Positions 1-9,563 are shown, counted from the first letter of the stretch. The stretch: DNA of 41,213 nucleotides from a virus (IMGVR_UViG_3300031953_000047:1-41213); one strand, 5' to 3'. Notes: generated by a model not told the origin, from the sequence alone. A program made the numbers and translations.

Positions 1-70
1 AGGCGCAATTTGTACACACGGTCTTCGGTCGGTCTATCAGTGAGGCTTTCTATCTATCAGAGGTGATCCC

Positions 71-472
71 ATGGCGCGCGAGATACAGCCTTGCGGGACC
101 TTTGCCGCCTATCAGAGGCACAAGAGGAAGAAGGAAGACCCGTGTGATGCGTGCGCTGAGGCTGCACGCTTGCAGGCGTCCGAGCGTCGGGACTCCGGGC
201 GCGCTGAGTCTGTTTCGCGTGTTGCCCTGGCCCTTGCCGCTGAGCCTGCCCCCGATGTCCTCGATGAACTCGATGAGGCGCGGGAGAACTTGCGCGCAGT
301 GAAGGCTGCGATGTCCGAAGCGCCGGCCAATGCGATCGCGGCGTTGTCGAAGCGGCGTGAAGAACTCGTGCGGCGGATTGTCGTGCTGTCTAAATCGAAC
401 GAGCCTGAGGAGAGCGTCTTTGACCAACTCCGAAAGCGTCGTGAGGAAAGGATCGCAGCTTCCTCGCATTGA
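71..472 (+). CDS. terS: terminase small subunit
   Basis: First gene, overlaps terL start; N-terminal CGT..AY.RH...C..C Zn motif and C-terminal SVFDQLRKRR typical of actinophage TerS; SD aggtga upstream. Confidence 0.75.
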   Translation: MAREIQPCGTFAAYQRHKRKKEDPCDACAEAARLQASERRDSGRAESVSRVALALAAEPAPDVLDELDEARENLRAVKAAMSEAPANAIAALSKRREELVRRIVVLSKSNEPEESVFDQLRKRREERIAASSH

Positions 473-1940
473 GTCGTTCCCCCTTTATGCGACTACTGCC
501 GCCGATGACGCGATTGACCTTGCCGCGGTTGCTGGCTTGTTCCTCGATCCGTGGCAGGAGTACGTTCTGCGCGGTTCTCTCGGTGAGAAGCGCAACGGTA
601 AATGGTCAGCGTTCCGTTGCGGCCTAGTTGTCCCGAGACAGAACGGAAAAAATGCGCTGCTCGAGGCGCGCGAACTCGCCGGCTTGTTCCTGTTCGGTGA
701 GAAGCGGATCATTCACACCGCGCACGAGACGAAGACGGCGCGTGAGTCGATGCAGTCGCTCATGAATCGCATGAAAACCTGCCCGGATCTCATGGAGCAG
801 GTGCAGGGCTTCGAGGGCGACCTTGACAAAGAGTTTTCCGGCATGAAGGTCGGCAACGATCCGAGCATCACGCTCAAGTCGGGCGCGAAGATTTCCTATG
901 CGGCCCGGTCGAAGGGTTCGGGTCGTGGCTTCACTGGCGACCTGATCGTTATGGATGAGGCGTATGCGCTGAAGACGGCGGAGATGGCGGCGATGTTGCC
1001 GACGATGGCGGCTAAGTCGATGGATGGCAACCCGCAGATTTGGTTTACGTCTTCGGCTGGTATGCCTGAGTCGGATCTGCTCGAGGCCATGCGTCAGGAG
1101 GGCATCAAGAAGACTTCCGACCGGCTCGCCTATTTCGAGTGGTCGGCTGAGGATGACGCGCCGATTGATGATGTCGAGTCTTGGTATCAGGCCAATCCCG
1201 GTCTGGGTATTCGCATCAGCGAGCAATACGTGCGCGATGAATACGAAGCGTTTATCGAGGCTGAGGCGACCGAAGAGTTCAAGCGCGAGCGCCTGGGTAT
1301 TTGGGCGAAGCTGGGCGGTGAGTCGGTATTCTCTGCCGGCGTCTGGTCGGCCCTCGCTGATCCATTAGACCTAGATGAATCTGATAATCCGATCCCCGGG
1401 ACGGGCTCCCAGCCGAGCGAGCAGATCGTGTTCGGGGTGGAGATCGCGGGCAATCGCGAGTCGGCATCAATCGCCCTTCTATCGTTCCGCGCTGACGATC
1501 TTATTCACGCGGAGATTGTAGAAAACCGGGTCGGTACGTCATGGCTTGGCACGCGGCTGGCTGAGCTTCAGAAGCTCTACAACCCGATCGCCACTGTGGC
1601 GATCGCTGGCGGTCATGTCGACTCCCTGGTGCCGTCGTGGAAGCGTGATGGAGCCCGCGTGAAGCTCATCAAGTTTGCCGATTATGTGAAGGCGTGCGGC
1701 GTCATTTACGACTGGATCACTCAGGGCAAGCTTCGACACCTTGACGATGACCTTCTCAATGCACCCATCGACGGCGTGCGGCAGAAGTTCACCCGAGACA
1801 ACGCCTCCTGGTACTGGTCGCGCGCATCGTCGGACGTAGACATCACCCCGCTTGTGGCCTTGACGGTCGCGGCGGGTTCATTGGAAAAGAAGTCGGGCCA
1901 ATCACGGTCGGACGGCAAACGGAGAGGGAGGATCTTGTGA
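441..1940 (+). CDS. terL: terminase large subunit
   Basis: Walker A VPRQNGKN, Walker B LIVMDEA, LDPWQ adenine motif, C-terminal DITPLVA; GTG at 441 preferred over 330. Confidence 0.95.
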   Translation: MRKGSQLPRIESFPLYATTAADDAIDLAAVAGLFLDPWQEYVLRGSLGEKRNGKWSAFRCGLVVPRQNGKNALLEARELAGLFLFGEKRIIHTAHETKTARESMQSLMNRMKTCPDLMEQVQGFEGDLDKEFSGMKVGNDPSITLKSGAKISYAARSKGSGRGFTGDLIVMDEAYALKTAEMAAMLPTMAAKSMDGNPQIWFTSSAGMPESDLLEAMRQEGIKKTSDRLAYFEWSAEDDAPIDDVESWYQANPGLGIRISEQYVRDEYEAFIEAEATEEFKRERLGIWAKLGGESVFSAGVWSALADPLDLDESDNPIPGTGSQPSEQIVFGVEIAGNRESASIALLSFRADDLIHAEIVENRVGTSWLGTRLAELQKLYNPIATVAIAGGHVDSLVPSWKRDGARVKLIKFADYVKACGVIYDWITQGKLRHLDDDLLNAPIDGVRQKFTRDNASWYWSRASSDVDITPLVALTVAAGSLEKKSGQSRSDGKRRGRIL

Positions 1941-3358
1941 CTTCAGGCATTGATTTGGTGCTCGATCATTCCGATTCTGAGCTGTTGGAGGCGTTGATTC
2001 GGGTGTGGCGTCAGAAGCGCCCGCGGAATCTGACGCGCAGCATCTATTACGACGGCAAGGCGGCACTGAAGGACTTCGGCATTTCGCTGCCCCCTCAGAT
2101 GCGGTCGATTGACGCGGCGCTGGGGTGGACGGCTAAGGGCGTCCACGCCATGACGGATCTTTCGCAGTTCACCGGGTTCGTTTCGGCTAACGGTGAAGAG
2201 GATGCGTTCGGCGTTGATTCGATCGCGTGGGATAACAACTTCCTGATGGAGTTCCCCGCGGCGAAGGTGTCGTCGGCGGTTCATGGTTGCTCGTTCCTGA
2301 CGGTTAGCTCGGGTGACGTGCAGTCGGGTGAGCCTGAGGTCATGCTGCTGGCCCGGTCGGCTGAGAATTCGGCCGCGATCTGGGACCCGCGACGTCGTGC
2401 GCTTCGAGGCTTCCTGTCGATCGTTGACTTCACGAACGCGGGCGACATTAGCCGCATGGTGATGTACACGCCGGACAAGGTGGTCACTCTCACGCGGCAG
2501 GGCGGTGCGTGGCGTCGTGGCTGGAAGGCTGACGTTCAGCGCAACCCGCTCGGCGTGGTGTCTGTAGCCCCGCTGCCGAACAATTACGAGCTGTCCCGAC
2601 CTCTGGGCCACTCGCGGATCACGCGGGCGTCTATGGGCTATGTGGACTCTGCCATCCGTACGATCGTGCGCTCTGAGGTGTCGGCTGAGTTCTACTCTGC
2701 GCCGGAATACTACCTGTTCGGCGCGAAGGTCGAGGATTTCGTCGGTGACGATCGCTGGACGGCTCTCATGGGCCGCATCAAGGCGCTCGACGTCGAGGAT
2801 GGCGAAGACAAGCCGGATCTGCACCGCTTCACTGGTGCGTCTCCGCAGCCGCACACCGACCAACTCCGCATGTGGGCGAACCTGTTCTCGGATGACCAGG
2901 ACCTCGAGGTGAAGTTCGCCGACAACTCGAATCCGACCAGTGCAGACGCTATCTTCGCGGGCAAGATTTCGCTGACGATGGCGACGAACACGGCTAACGG
3001 GATTTGGGGTCAGGGCGCCGAGCGTGCCATGCAGATGGGCGTCATGCTCCGCGATGGGCTCACGTCTGTTCCGGTGGAGATGCGCAGCTTGCAGGCGCAG
3101 TTCACGAAGGCTCACCTTGTGTCACCGACTGCTCGTGCTGATGCGTTCTCGAAACTCGCTCTGAGCATCGAGGGGTTCGGCGCGTCTGAGGTCGGCATGG
3201 AGTATGCAGGCCTTGACCGTGGGCAGATTGTGCGCTTGCAGGCTGAGCGTCGACGGGCTCAGGTTGGATCGCTGGTGTCTTCACTACGGGCTAATGCTGA
3301 CGCTGCGGTTGCCACTCCTGAGGTCGCAGCGGTCGCCGGCCAACGTGGCGGTGAGTAA
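1937..3358 (+). CDS. portal protein (SPP1 gp6-like, actinophage type)
   Basis: 473 aa after terL (GTGA overlap); YYDG, LGW..K.V, G.SRITR, SAEFYSAP motifs. Confidence 0.9.
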   Translation: MTSGIDLVLDHSDSELLEALIRVWRQKRPRNLTRSIYYDGKAALKDFGISLPPQMRSIDAALGWTAKGVHAMTDLSQFTGFVSANGEEDAFGVDSIAWDNNFLMEFPAAKVSSAVHGCSFLTVSSGDVQSGEPEVMLLARSAENSAAIWDPRRRALRGFLSIVDFTNAGDISRMVMYTPDKVVTLTRQGGAWRRGWKADVQRNPLGVVSVAPLPNNYELSRPLGHSRITRASMGYVDSAIRTIVRSEVSAEFYSAPEYYLFGAKVEDFVGDDRWTALMGRIKALDVEDGEDKPDLHRFTGASPQPHTDQLRMWANLFSDDQDLEVKFADNSNPTSADAIFAGKISLTMATNTANGIWGQGAERAMQMGVMLRDGLTSVPVEMRSLQAQFTKAHLVSPTARADAFSKLALSIEGFGASEVGMEYAGLDRGQIVRLQAERRRAQVGSLVSSLRANADAAVATPEVAAVAGQRGGE

Positions 3359-4158
3359 TGACGACGATGGCCGACATTGAAGCGTACCGGCGCGGGTCTA
3401 GCGACCTGACGGCGCTTGCGTTGCGCGAGGTCAACGACGTCCTGTCGTTCCTTGGCGACGCCAACCCGGTCACGGTGCGCAATTCGCTCATTCAACTGCT
3501 GCCCGAGATCGTCGGCCCGTATATCACGGCATCCGGCGAGCTCGCGGCAACGTGGTATGAGGATTTGCGCTCGTCGTCTGTCGGTGGCACGTACTATGCG
3601 ACCGCCTCGGGTGAGTTGAACCAGGCGCGCATCAATTCGCTGGTGCGGTATGGCGTGAAGCCTTTGTTTGGGCAGTCGAGTTCGACGGTGCTGTCTCTCA
3701 TCGGTGGCGGCGTGCAGCGGATGGTGTCTGGTGCTGGCCGGGCGACGATTGCCGATAATGCGTCGCGCGATCGGGTGCGTGTCGGGTTCGCTCGCATTGC
3801 CCGACCTGACGCCTGTGCGTTCTGCGGAATGCTCGCCTCTCGCGGGGCCGAGTACGCCTCGGAGGCCTCTGCTGGTGGCGTTGTGGGCCGCGGTGTTTCT
3901 GCCGCCTCCACCAAGGGCAAGGCCGGCGGGCAGGGCAAGGGGCTCAGGGGTCGCGGCTCTCGCGCCATTGGCTCCAATGACTATCACGACAGTTGCCATT
4001 GCGTTGTTGCCCCGGTGTTTCGCGGTGACACGTTCGCGACGGAGGCCGCGGCACCATTCAAGGCGCTTTATGACGACGCGTTCGAGATCAACGAGGGCGG
4101 CGCGATCAGCGCGAAGGAAACCCTCGCTAACTGGCGACAGGTGCACGGCACTAAATAG
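3358..4158 (+). CDS. minor capsid / capsid maturation protein (MuF-like)
   Basis: Follows portal; ARIARPDACAFCGMLASRG and HDSCHCVVAP motifs. Confidence 0.8.
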   Translation: MTTMADIEAYRRGSSDLTALALREVNDVLSFLGDANPVTVRNSLIQLLPEIVGPYITASGELAATWYEDLRSSSVGGTYYATASGELNQARINSLVRYGVKPLFGQSSSTVLSLIGGGVQRMVSGAGRATIADNASRDRVRVGFARIARPDACAFCGMLASRGAEYASEASAGGVVGRGVSAASTKGKAGGQGKGLRGRGSRAIGSNDYHDSCHCVVAPVFRGDTFATEAAAPFKALYDDAFEINEGGAISAKETLANWRQVHGTK

Positions 4159-4160
4159 AT

Positions 4161-4246
4161 TTCCGCGTTCTCTCGCGGATCAGTGACCTCGACTGTCTCG
4201 AGGGTCATGGGCGACGGCCCCTAAACGGATTGAAAGGGGTTCCGAT
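4161..4246 (+). promoter_or_regulatory. structured leader and RBS of scaffold/capsid genes
   Basis: Hairpins tccgcg/cgcgga and tgaccctcga-like inverted repeat, then SD gaaagggg. Confidence 0.4.
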
Positions 4247-4777
4247 ATGTCGGAGCAGACAAGTACCGCTGTCGCGGGAGAACAAAACGAGCAGGTCCAG
4301 GAGCAGGCAAAGGAGTTCGCGGCGATTACGTCGCAGGAAGACTTCGACACCCGCATTCAGGCCCGCATTGCTCGGGAGCGTGGACGTTTCGCAGACTACG
4401 ACGACTTGAAGGCTAGCGCCGCCAAGCTCGCCGAGATCGAAGCGGCCAACCAGACCGAATCCGAGAAGGTCGCTGAACGTCTCGCAGCCGCTGAGAAGCG
4501 CGCTGTGGAACTGGAAGCCAAGGCCGCTCGGGCCGAGGTCGCAGCCGCTAAGGGTGTCCCTGCCGCGTTGCTTTCGGGCAGCACGCAGGAAGAACTCGAG
4601 GCATCCGCTGACGCGCTCATCGCATTCAAGGGCATCACGCCCGAACCCGAGGCCAAGACGGACAAGAAAACGTTCTACGTCGCTGACGAAGGCGGCGTCC
4701 CGGCGCTCGGCAAGCAGGACAACATCTCTCCCGGCATGGGGTCCCTCCGTGCTGGCTACGCACAAGAAAAGGAATAG
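4247..4777 (+). CDS. capsid scaffolding protein
   Basis: Coiled-coil Ala/Glu-rich protein before MCP; FADYDDLKA..KL.EIE motif, GVPAALLSG. Confidence 0.85.
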   Translation: MSEQTSTAVAGEQNEQVQEQAKEFAAITSQEDFDTRIQARIARERGRFADYDDLKASAAKLAEIEAANQTESEKVAERLAAAEKRAVELEAKAARAEVAAAKGVPAALLSGSTQEELEASADALIAFKGITPEPEAKTDKKTFYVADEGGVPALGKQDNISPGMGSLRAGYAQEKE

Positions 4778-4780
4778 CCC

Positions 4781-5731
4781 ATGGCTACCACTCTCGCAGA
4801 GGCCGCAAAGCTCTCTCAGTCCTACCTCCAGAAGGGCGTTCTGGAAACGTTCGTGCAGGCCAGCTCTGTGCTGGACCGCATCCCCTTCATGACCATTCAG
4901 GGCAACGCCTACTCGTACAACGAGGAAGCCACCCTTCCCGGTGTCGCGTTCCGTGCGGTCAACGGCAGCTACACCGAGTCGACAGGAACCGTCAACCAGA
5001 AGTCCGAGTCTCTGGTCATCACCGGTGGAGACGCCGACGTTGACAAGTTCATCGTGCAGACCCGCGGCGACGTGAACGACCAGCGTGCCGTTCAGACCGC
5101 GCTGAAGGTCAAGGCGCTGTCTTACCAGTTCCAGGACTCGTTCTTCAACGGCGACACCGGCGTGGATGCGCTTTCGTTCGACGGGCTGAAGAAGCGCCTC
5201 ATCGGCGATCAGGTCATTTCGTCCGGCACTAACGGTGCTGCGATCCTGACCGACACGACCTCGATTCACGCGTTCTTCGACAAGCTCGACGCGCTCGTGG
5301 CATCCGTGTCCGGCCTTGACGGTGGAAACGGCGCCCTGTACGCCAACGCCAGCATCATCGGCAAGATCAAGTCTGCCGCGCGTCACATCAACGCCGACGT
5401 GTTCGTTGAGAAGGACATCAACGGCAAGCGTCAGGTTGTTTGGAACGGCATCCCGATCCTCGACGCCGGCTCGACTGCTGCCGGCGTGAACGTGCTCCCG
5501 CAGACGGAAACGCAGGGCACGAGCACGATCGCGTCGTCCATCTACGCGGTGAAGTTCGGACAGTCCGAGGGTGACCAGGCCGTCACCGGCCTGACCAACG
5601 GTGGCGTGCAGGTCTACGACCTCGGCGAGCTGGAAACCAAGCCCGCCTACCGGACTCGCATTGAGTTCTATACTGGTCTTGCAGTATTCGGGGGAAAAGC
5701 TGGAGCACGCTTGACTGGTGTCTTGGCATAA
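4781..5731 (+). CDS. major capsid protein
   Basis: 316 aa after scaffold, strongly GC3-biased codons, FFNGD..FDGL motif. Confidence 0.9.
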   Translation: MATTLAEAAKLSQSYLQKGVLETFVQASSVLDRIPFMTIQGNAYSYNEEATLPGVAFRAVNGSYTESTGTVNQKSESLVITGGDADVDKFIVQTRGDVNDQRAVQTALKVKALSYQFQDSFFNGDTGVDALSFDGLKKRLIGDQVISSGTNGAAILTDTTSIHAFFDKLDALVASVSGLDGGNGALYANASIIGKIKSAARHINADVFVEKDINGKRQVVWNGIPILDAGSTAAGVNVLPQTETQGTSTIASSIYAVKFGQSEGDQAVTGLTNGGVQVYDLGELETKPAYRTRIEFYTGLAVFGGKAGARLTGVLA

Positions 5732-5746
5732 TGCTAAACTCGATAC
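5711..5746 (+). promoter_or_regulatory. SigA-type promoter for leaderless HNH mRNA
   Basis: TTGACT-N18-TAAACT with TG extension; ATG 6 nt downstream and no SD. Confidence 0.6.
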
Positions 5747-6424
5747 ATGGAAGCATGTATCGTTCAGCATTGCCCGCGTAAGGTCCACCGGCGCGGCTAT
5801 TGCAGCCCGCACTACCAGCGCGTAATGAAGTACGGCGACCCTCTGGCGGGCGGTGTCTTTCGAGACATGGAACGCCAGGGGGCGCCGTGCAAGTTCCCGG
5901 GGTGCGACTCTCACCGGTACGCGCGCGAATGGTGCCAGCTTCACTGGAGCAGGTGGCAGCGTCACGGGGACCCCGCGTGGGAGGCTGCACCCGTGGAGCG
6001 CGATAGCTGCTCGATTGAGGGGTGCGGCGGAGACGTGGTTTCGCGCGGGTACTGCTCGTCTCACTACGCGAAGTGGCGCAGGCGTGGAGATCCCCTTTTC
6101 GAGTCCACGCCAGAAACGCGTCGCAAGGGGCTGAAGAAGAAGGAAAAAGGCGGATACGTTCGTCTCTATCGCCCCGAGCACCCCAACGCGCGGAGTGATG
6201 GAAACGTGAGCGAGCACACCGTGGTCATGTCGGAAGCCATCGGACGCCCGCTGACTCCAAGCGAAAACGTTCACCATCGCAACGGCGTCCGAGACGATAA
6301 CCGGATACAGAACCTTGAACTCTGGAACAAGTGCCAGCCAGCGGGCAAGCGCGCACGCGATCTGATCGAGTACGCGAACGAGATACACGCGCTGTACGGC
6401 ACCGACCCGGCCCAATATCCCTAA
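5747..6424 (+). CDS. free-standing HNH homing endonuclease with three N-terminal Zn-finger repeats
   Basis: Three CxxxxC..C..H[YW].R...GDP repeats, then EH.VVM..IGRPL..ENVHHRNGVRDDNRIQNLELW. Confidence 0.9.
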   Translation: MEACIVQHCPRKVHRRGYCSPHYQRVMKYGDPLAGGVFRDMERQGAPCKFPGCDSHRYAREWCQLHWSRWQRHGDPAWEAAPVERDSCSIEGCGGDVVSRGYCSSHYAKWRRRGDPLFESTPETRRKGLKKKEKGGYVRLYRPEHPNARSDGNVSEHTVVMSEAIGRPLTPSENVHHRNGVRDDNRIQNLELWNKCQPAGKRARDLIEYANEIHALYGTDPAQYP

Positions 6425-6438
6425 CACCCAGTCGAGAG

Positions 6439-6464
6439 AAGCCCCGCATCGTCGGGGCTTTTTT
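6439..6464 (+). terminator. intrinsic terminator
   Basis: aagccccg-catcgt-cggggctt plus T run. Confidence 0.85.
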
Positions 6465-6484
6465 CATGCCCGGAAGGAAACACA

Positions 6485-6736
<252 letters not shown>

Positions 6737-6742
6737 GCAACT

Positions 6743-6776
6743 GCGGCAGGGCGGGTCTTCGGACCCGCCCTGCCGC
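6743..6776 (+). terminator. perfect 15-bp UUCG hairpin (no U-tract; terminator or mRNA stabiliser)
   Basis: gcggcagggcgggtc-ttcg-gacccgccctgccgc. Confidence 0.55.
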
Positions 6777-6795
6777 GTTCACCCGGAGGTGCCGC

Positions 6796-7203
6796 ATGGC
6801 TTGGACCATCGCTAACAATGTGATCGACGCGTGGATTGGCGACGACGAGCCAACCGACACGATCCTGATTGATACGTGGATTGGCAAGGCTGAGCGTCTG
6901 ATCCGGTTCAAGATCCCTGGCATCCAGGCGCGCATCACTGCTGCCGAGGTTGACCTGCTCGAGAACGTCGTTGACGTGACCGCGGCTATGGTTATCCGCA
7001 AGTTCCGCAATCCCGAAGGCATTCGCCAGTCGAATACGACAACCGGGCCGTTCACTGAGTCGCGCACGTATGGCGGCAATGAGCCGGGCGAGCTGGTGTT
7101 GCAGGATGACGAGTTGGCGCGGCTGTCTGGCAGCACGGGCGGCGGTCGTGCGTTCAGTATCAGCACGATCCCGACGACCTCGCCGTTCTACGTGGCGCCG
7201 TGA
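6796..7203 (+). CDS. head-to-tail adaptor
   Basis: AMV.RKFRNPEG.RQ...TGPFTES motif of actinophage adaptors; synteny. Confidence 0.85.
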   Translation: MAWTIANNVIDAWIGDDEPTDTILIDTWIGKAERLIRFKIPGIQARITAAEVDLLENVVDVTAAMVIRKFRNPEGIRQSNTTTGPFTESRTYGGNEPGELVLQDDELARLSGSTGGGRAFSISTIPTTSPFYVAP

Positions 7204-7535
7204 GCCGCCGCATTTCAGAGTTCGTCTCACATGAGGCGTTCATCGCGGGTGCCGAGGATGCTCACGGAAACCCGGTTCGCGCGTGGCTGCCTGCCGTTCA
7301 GGTTGGTGTGTTCGCGTTCGATCCTGGTTCTACGTCTGAGCCGCGCGAGGCTGGCCGTGATCGGGTGATTGTCGAGCCGACCGTGTACATGCCTACGGGC
7401 GTCTTATTCGCGCCTGACGACCGCGTGACGGCTCGTTCTGTCCGTTATGAGGTCGAGGGTGTCACGCGCGAATGGCGGCATCCCAATGGGCGCCGTGAGG
7501 GCAACGTTGCAACGCTTAGGAGGGTGGCGGGCTAA
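7200..7535 (+). CDS. head-to-tail stopper
   Basis: DAHGNP..W, D.V...YEVEG...W, L.RV.G pattern; synteny. Confidence 0.8.
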   Translation: MSRRISEFVSHEAFIAGAEDAHGNPVRAWLPAVQVGVFAFDPGSTSEPREAGRDRVIVEPTVYMPTGVLFAPDDRVTARSVRYEVEGVTREWRHPNGRREGNVATLRRVAG

Positions 7536-7792
7536 TGGCAAAGATGGATGTCAAGTGGAAAATGCGCGGATTCAAGGATCTGCGATCGACCCCGAAACTC
7601 GTTGCCCTTCTCGAGCAGAAGGGGAACGCGGTGGCCGCGGCTTCCGGTGACGGCTACACGGTCAATTCGAGCCAGGGACGTTCATGGCCTTTCGGGCGTT
7701 GGCGGGTAACGGTTGGAACAGGCAGTGATGCTGCGATCCGCGACAACGCGGCGAATAACACTCTGATTAACAACCTCGACGCTGGGCGGTGA
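7535..7792 (+). CDS. neck / HK97 gp10-like tail completion protein
   Basis: Synteny; GRWRVTV, NA.NNTL..NL motif. Confidence 0.65.
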   Translation: MAKMDVKWKMRGFKDLRSTPKLVALLEQKGNAVAAASGDGYTVNSSQGRSWPFGRWRVTVGTGSDAAIRDNAANNTLINNLDAGR

Positions 7793-8190
7793 GCATGACG
7801 GAAGTTATCGCGTTCCCGGACGCTGAGGCGTTCGCTGTCCTGTTCTTGCGGGCGCAGTTCTCGGCGCGCAGCATGTCGGCGGGCGCGAGTACGAAAGTTC
7901 CCGCAAGCATCCCGAACGGCCATGTGAGGGTGTCTCGTGCTGGTGGCGGGCAACGCGATCTGGTGACGGATTCGCCGCGGCTGCTGCTCGAATGTTTCGC
8001 CGCCGACACGGTGACGGCTTCCGACCTCGCCAAGGTGACTCGGGCGCTCATGCTCGCGGCTGCCCGACTGTCCGACGAGGTGACGCGCGCTGTCGATGGT
8101 GGCGGCGTTGCTTTTCTCCCTGATCCTTCTACCAATAACCCGCGGTATCAGTTCGTGGTGCAACTCGATCTTCGAGGCGCAACGATCTAG
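7789..8190 (+). CDS. tail terminator
   Basis: V.VSRAGGG, LPDP...PRYQF motifs; precedes major tail. Confidence 0.85.
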   Translation: MSMTEVIAFPDAEAFAVLFLRAQFSARSMSAGASTKVPASIPNGHVRVSRAGGGQRDLVTDSPRLLLECFAADTVTASDLAKVTRALMLAAARLSDEVTRAVDGGGVAFLPDPSTNNPRYQFVVQLDLRGATI

Positions 8191-8239
8191 GCACGATCCC
8201 CTTGCAAGGTCAGCGCAAATCGCCTGAAAGGCACACATA

Positions 8240-8815
8240 ATGAGCAACACCTCTACAAACGTCGTTTCGGGCAAGCCGCTCGCGACTGGCGGAATCCTCA
8301 TCGCTCCAGCCGGCACCGCTGGCCCCGTCGATGTTTCGACCGCCCCGGACGCCGCATACATCGGTGCCGGCTACATCGGCGAGGATGGTGTCACCGAGGG
8401 TGGCGAACGTTCCACCGAGAAGATCAAGGCGTGGGGCGGCGATACCGTCAAGATCGTTCAGACTGAGCACTCGTTGACGTACAGCTTCTCTTTCATTGAG
8501 ACGCTGAACGCTGACGTGCTCAAGTCGATCTATGGCGACTCGAACGTCACCACGACCGCGGCGACCATTTCGTCGGGCACGATCCACAAGGTGCTCGTTA
8601 CGAGCGACACTCTGCCGCACAAGGCGTACGTCTTTGAGATCAAGGATGGCGACGCCCGCATTCGCATTGTCGTCGCTGACGGTCAGATCACCGAAGTTGG
8701 CGAGATCACCTACTCCGACTCCGAGGTCATCGCGTACACCGTCACCGTCGAGTGCTTCGCGGATGCCAACGGCGTCAAGGCGACCAAGTTCCTGGACAAC
8801 GGCGTCTTCGTCTAG
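8240..8815 (+). CDS. major tail protein
   Basis: GYIGEDGV, IKAWGGDTV, GQITEVGEITY motifs. Confidence 0.9.
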   Translation: MSNTSTNVVSGKPLATGGILIAPAGTAGPVDVSTAPDAAYIGAGYIGEDGVTEGGERSTEKIKAWGGDTVKIVQTEHSLTYSFSFIETLNADVLKSIYGDSNVTTTAATISSGTIHKVLVTSDTLPHKAYVFEIKDGDARIRIVVADGQITEVGEITYSDSEVIAYTVTVECFADANGVKATKFLDNGVFV

Positions 8816-8904
8816 TCCCACAATCTCCGGGCGCAGGTTCCTGCGCTGGCCACCTGCGCCCGGTTCACCCCTTTTTGGCCAGCGATCACGAAAGGTCAGC
8901 GCCC

Positions 8905-9210
8905 ATGGTTTACGAAGTTCCCGACTACAAGAAGTCTATCGATCAGGACAAGTTCAGCTTCAAGCTGGGCACGAAGACGTACAAGGCTACGCGGTTCGAC
9001 CTGCTCCCCGTGAGCTTTGTCGAGTCCCTCGGTGAGATCGAAGAGAAGCACGTAGTAAAGGCGCTGCGCCTCGCTCTCGCGGGGTCCGATGAGGGTCTTG
9101 CTGCGGCTCTCGCAGTGTTGCCGGTAAAGGCGATCAAGGGCCTCATCGAGGCTTGGCAGGAGAATGCAGGGGTGACGCTGGGGGAATCCAAAGCCTCCGA
9201 CGACTCCTAG
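8905..9210 (+). CDS. tail assembly chaperone (G)
   Basis: ATG 8905 after SD gaaagg; ends GVTLGES, containing the slippery site. Confidence 0.85.
   Translation: MVYEVPDYKKSIDQDKFSFKLGTKTYKATRFDLLPVSFVESLGEIEEKHVVKALRLALAGSDEGLAAALAVLPVKAIKGLIEAWQENAGVTLGESKASDDS
9180..9186 (+). other. -1 programmed ribosomal frameshift site GGGGGAA
   Basis: CTG GGG GAA at the end of TAC; the -1 frame is the 9153-9563 ORF. Confidence 0.85.
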
Positions 9211-9563
9211 ACGAGTTTCCGGAGGCCGTCGAATACGACCTCATCACCCTTGGGCTGCGACTGCGTGAACTCCCGTGCGAACGCCTAACGTGGCGTGACC
9301 TCAAGGTAATCGTGACGCGGATGCCGCAGCACAAGTCAGCACTCGCCGCTGAGCAGCACCCCGAGGACGCGTCATGGGCGCTGAATGAGCACCTGCTCGC
9401 CGAAGTCGCAGACACGCAACGCCTGCTCTTGTGGGCGAAGACGAAAGACGGCTCGAAGAACCGCAACCGGCCCAAGCCGATTGAACGGCCGGGGCGTCGA
9501 CCTGAGCGGTTCGGCAAAAAGCCGCTCAAGCTCGACCGCATGAAGGAATGGCTCGGCTGGTAA
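9180..9563 (+). CDS. tail assembly chaperone GT, frameshifted C-terminal part
   Basis: AVEYDL..LGL, LTWRDL, RPKPIERPG motifs; directly before tape measure. Confidence 0.85.
   Translation, partial: GGIQSLRRLLDEFPEAVEYDLITLGLRLRELPCERLTWRDLKVIVTRMPQHKSALAAEQHPEDASWALNEHLLAEVADTQRLLLWAKTKDGSKNRNRPKPIERPGRRPERFGKKPLKLDRMKEWLGW

Noticed and set aside
330-440. N-terminal extension of terL from ATG 330
   Set aside because: Lies wholly within terS and reads as non-protein-like; GTG 441 gives a typical TerL start
4205-6427. 740-aa minus-strand ORF (and similar long antisense ORFs at 1943-3115, 3259-4146, 9857-10738)
   Set aside because: Shadows of GC3-biased plus-strand structural genes; no motifs or RBS
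5651-6484. Group I intron or intein interrupting the capsid gene
   Set aside because: The capsid ORF ends with a normal C-terminus and stop; no downstream exon or intron core is visible, so the HNH is free-standing
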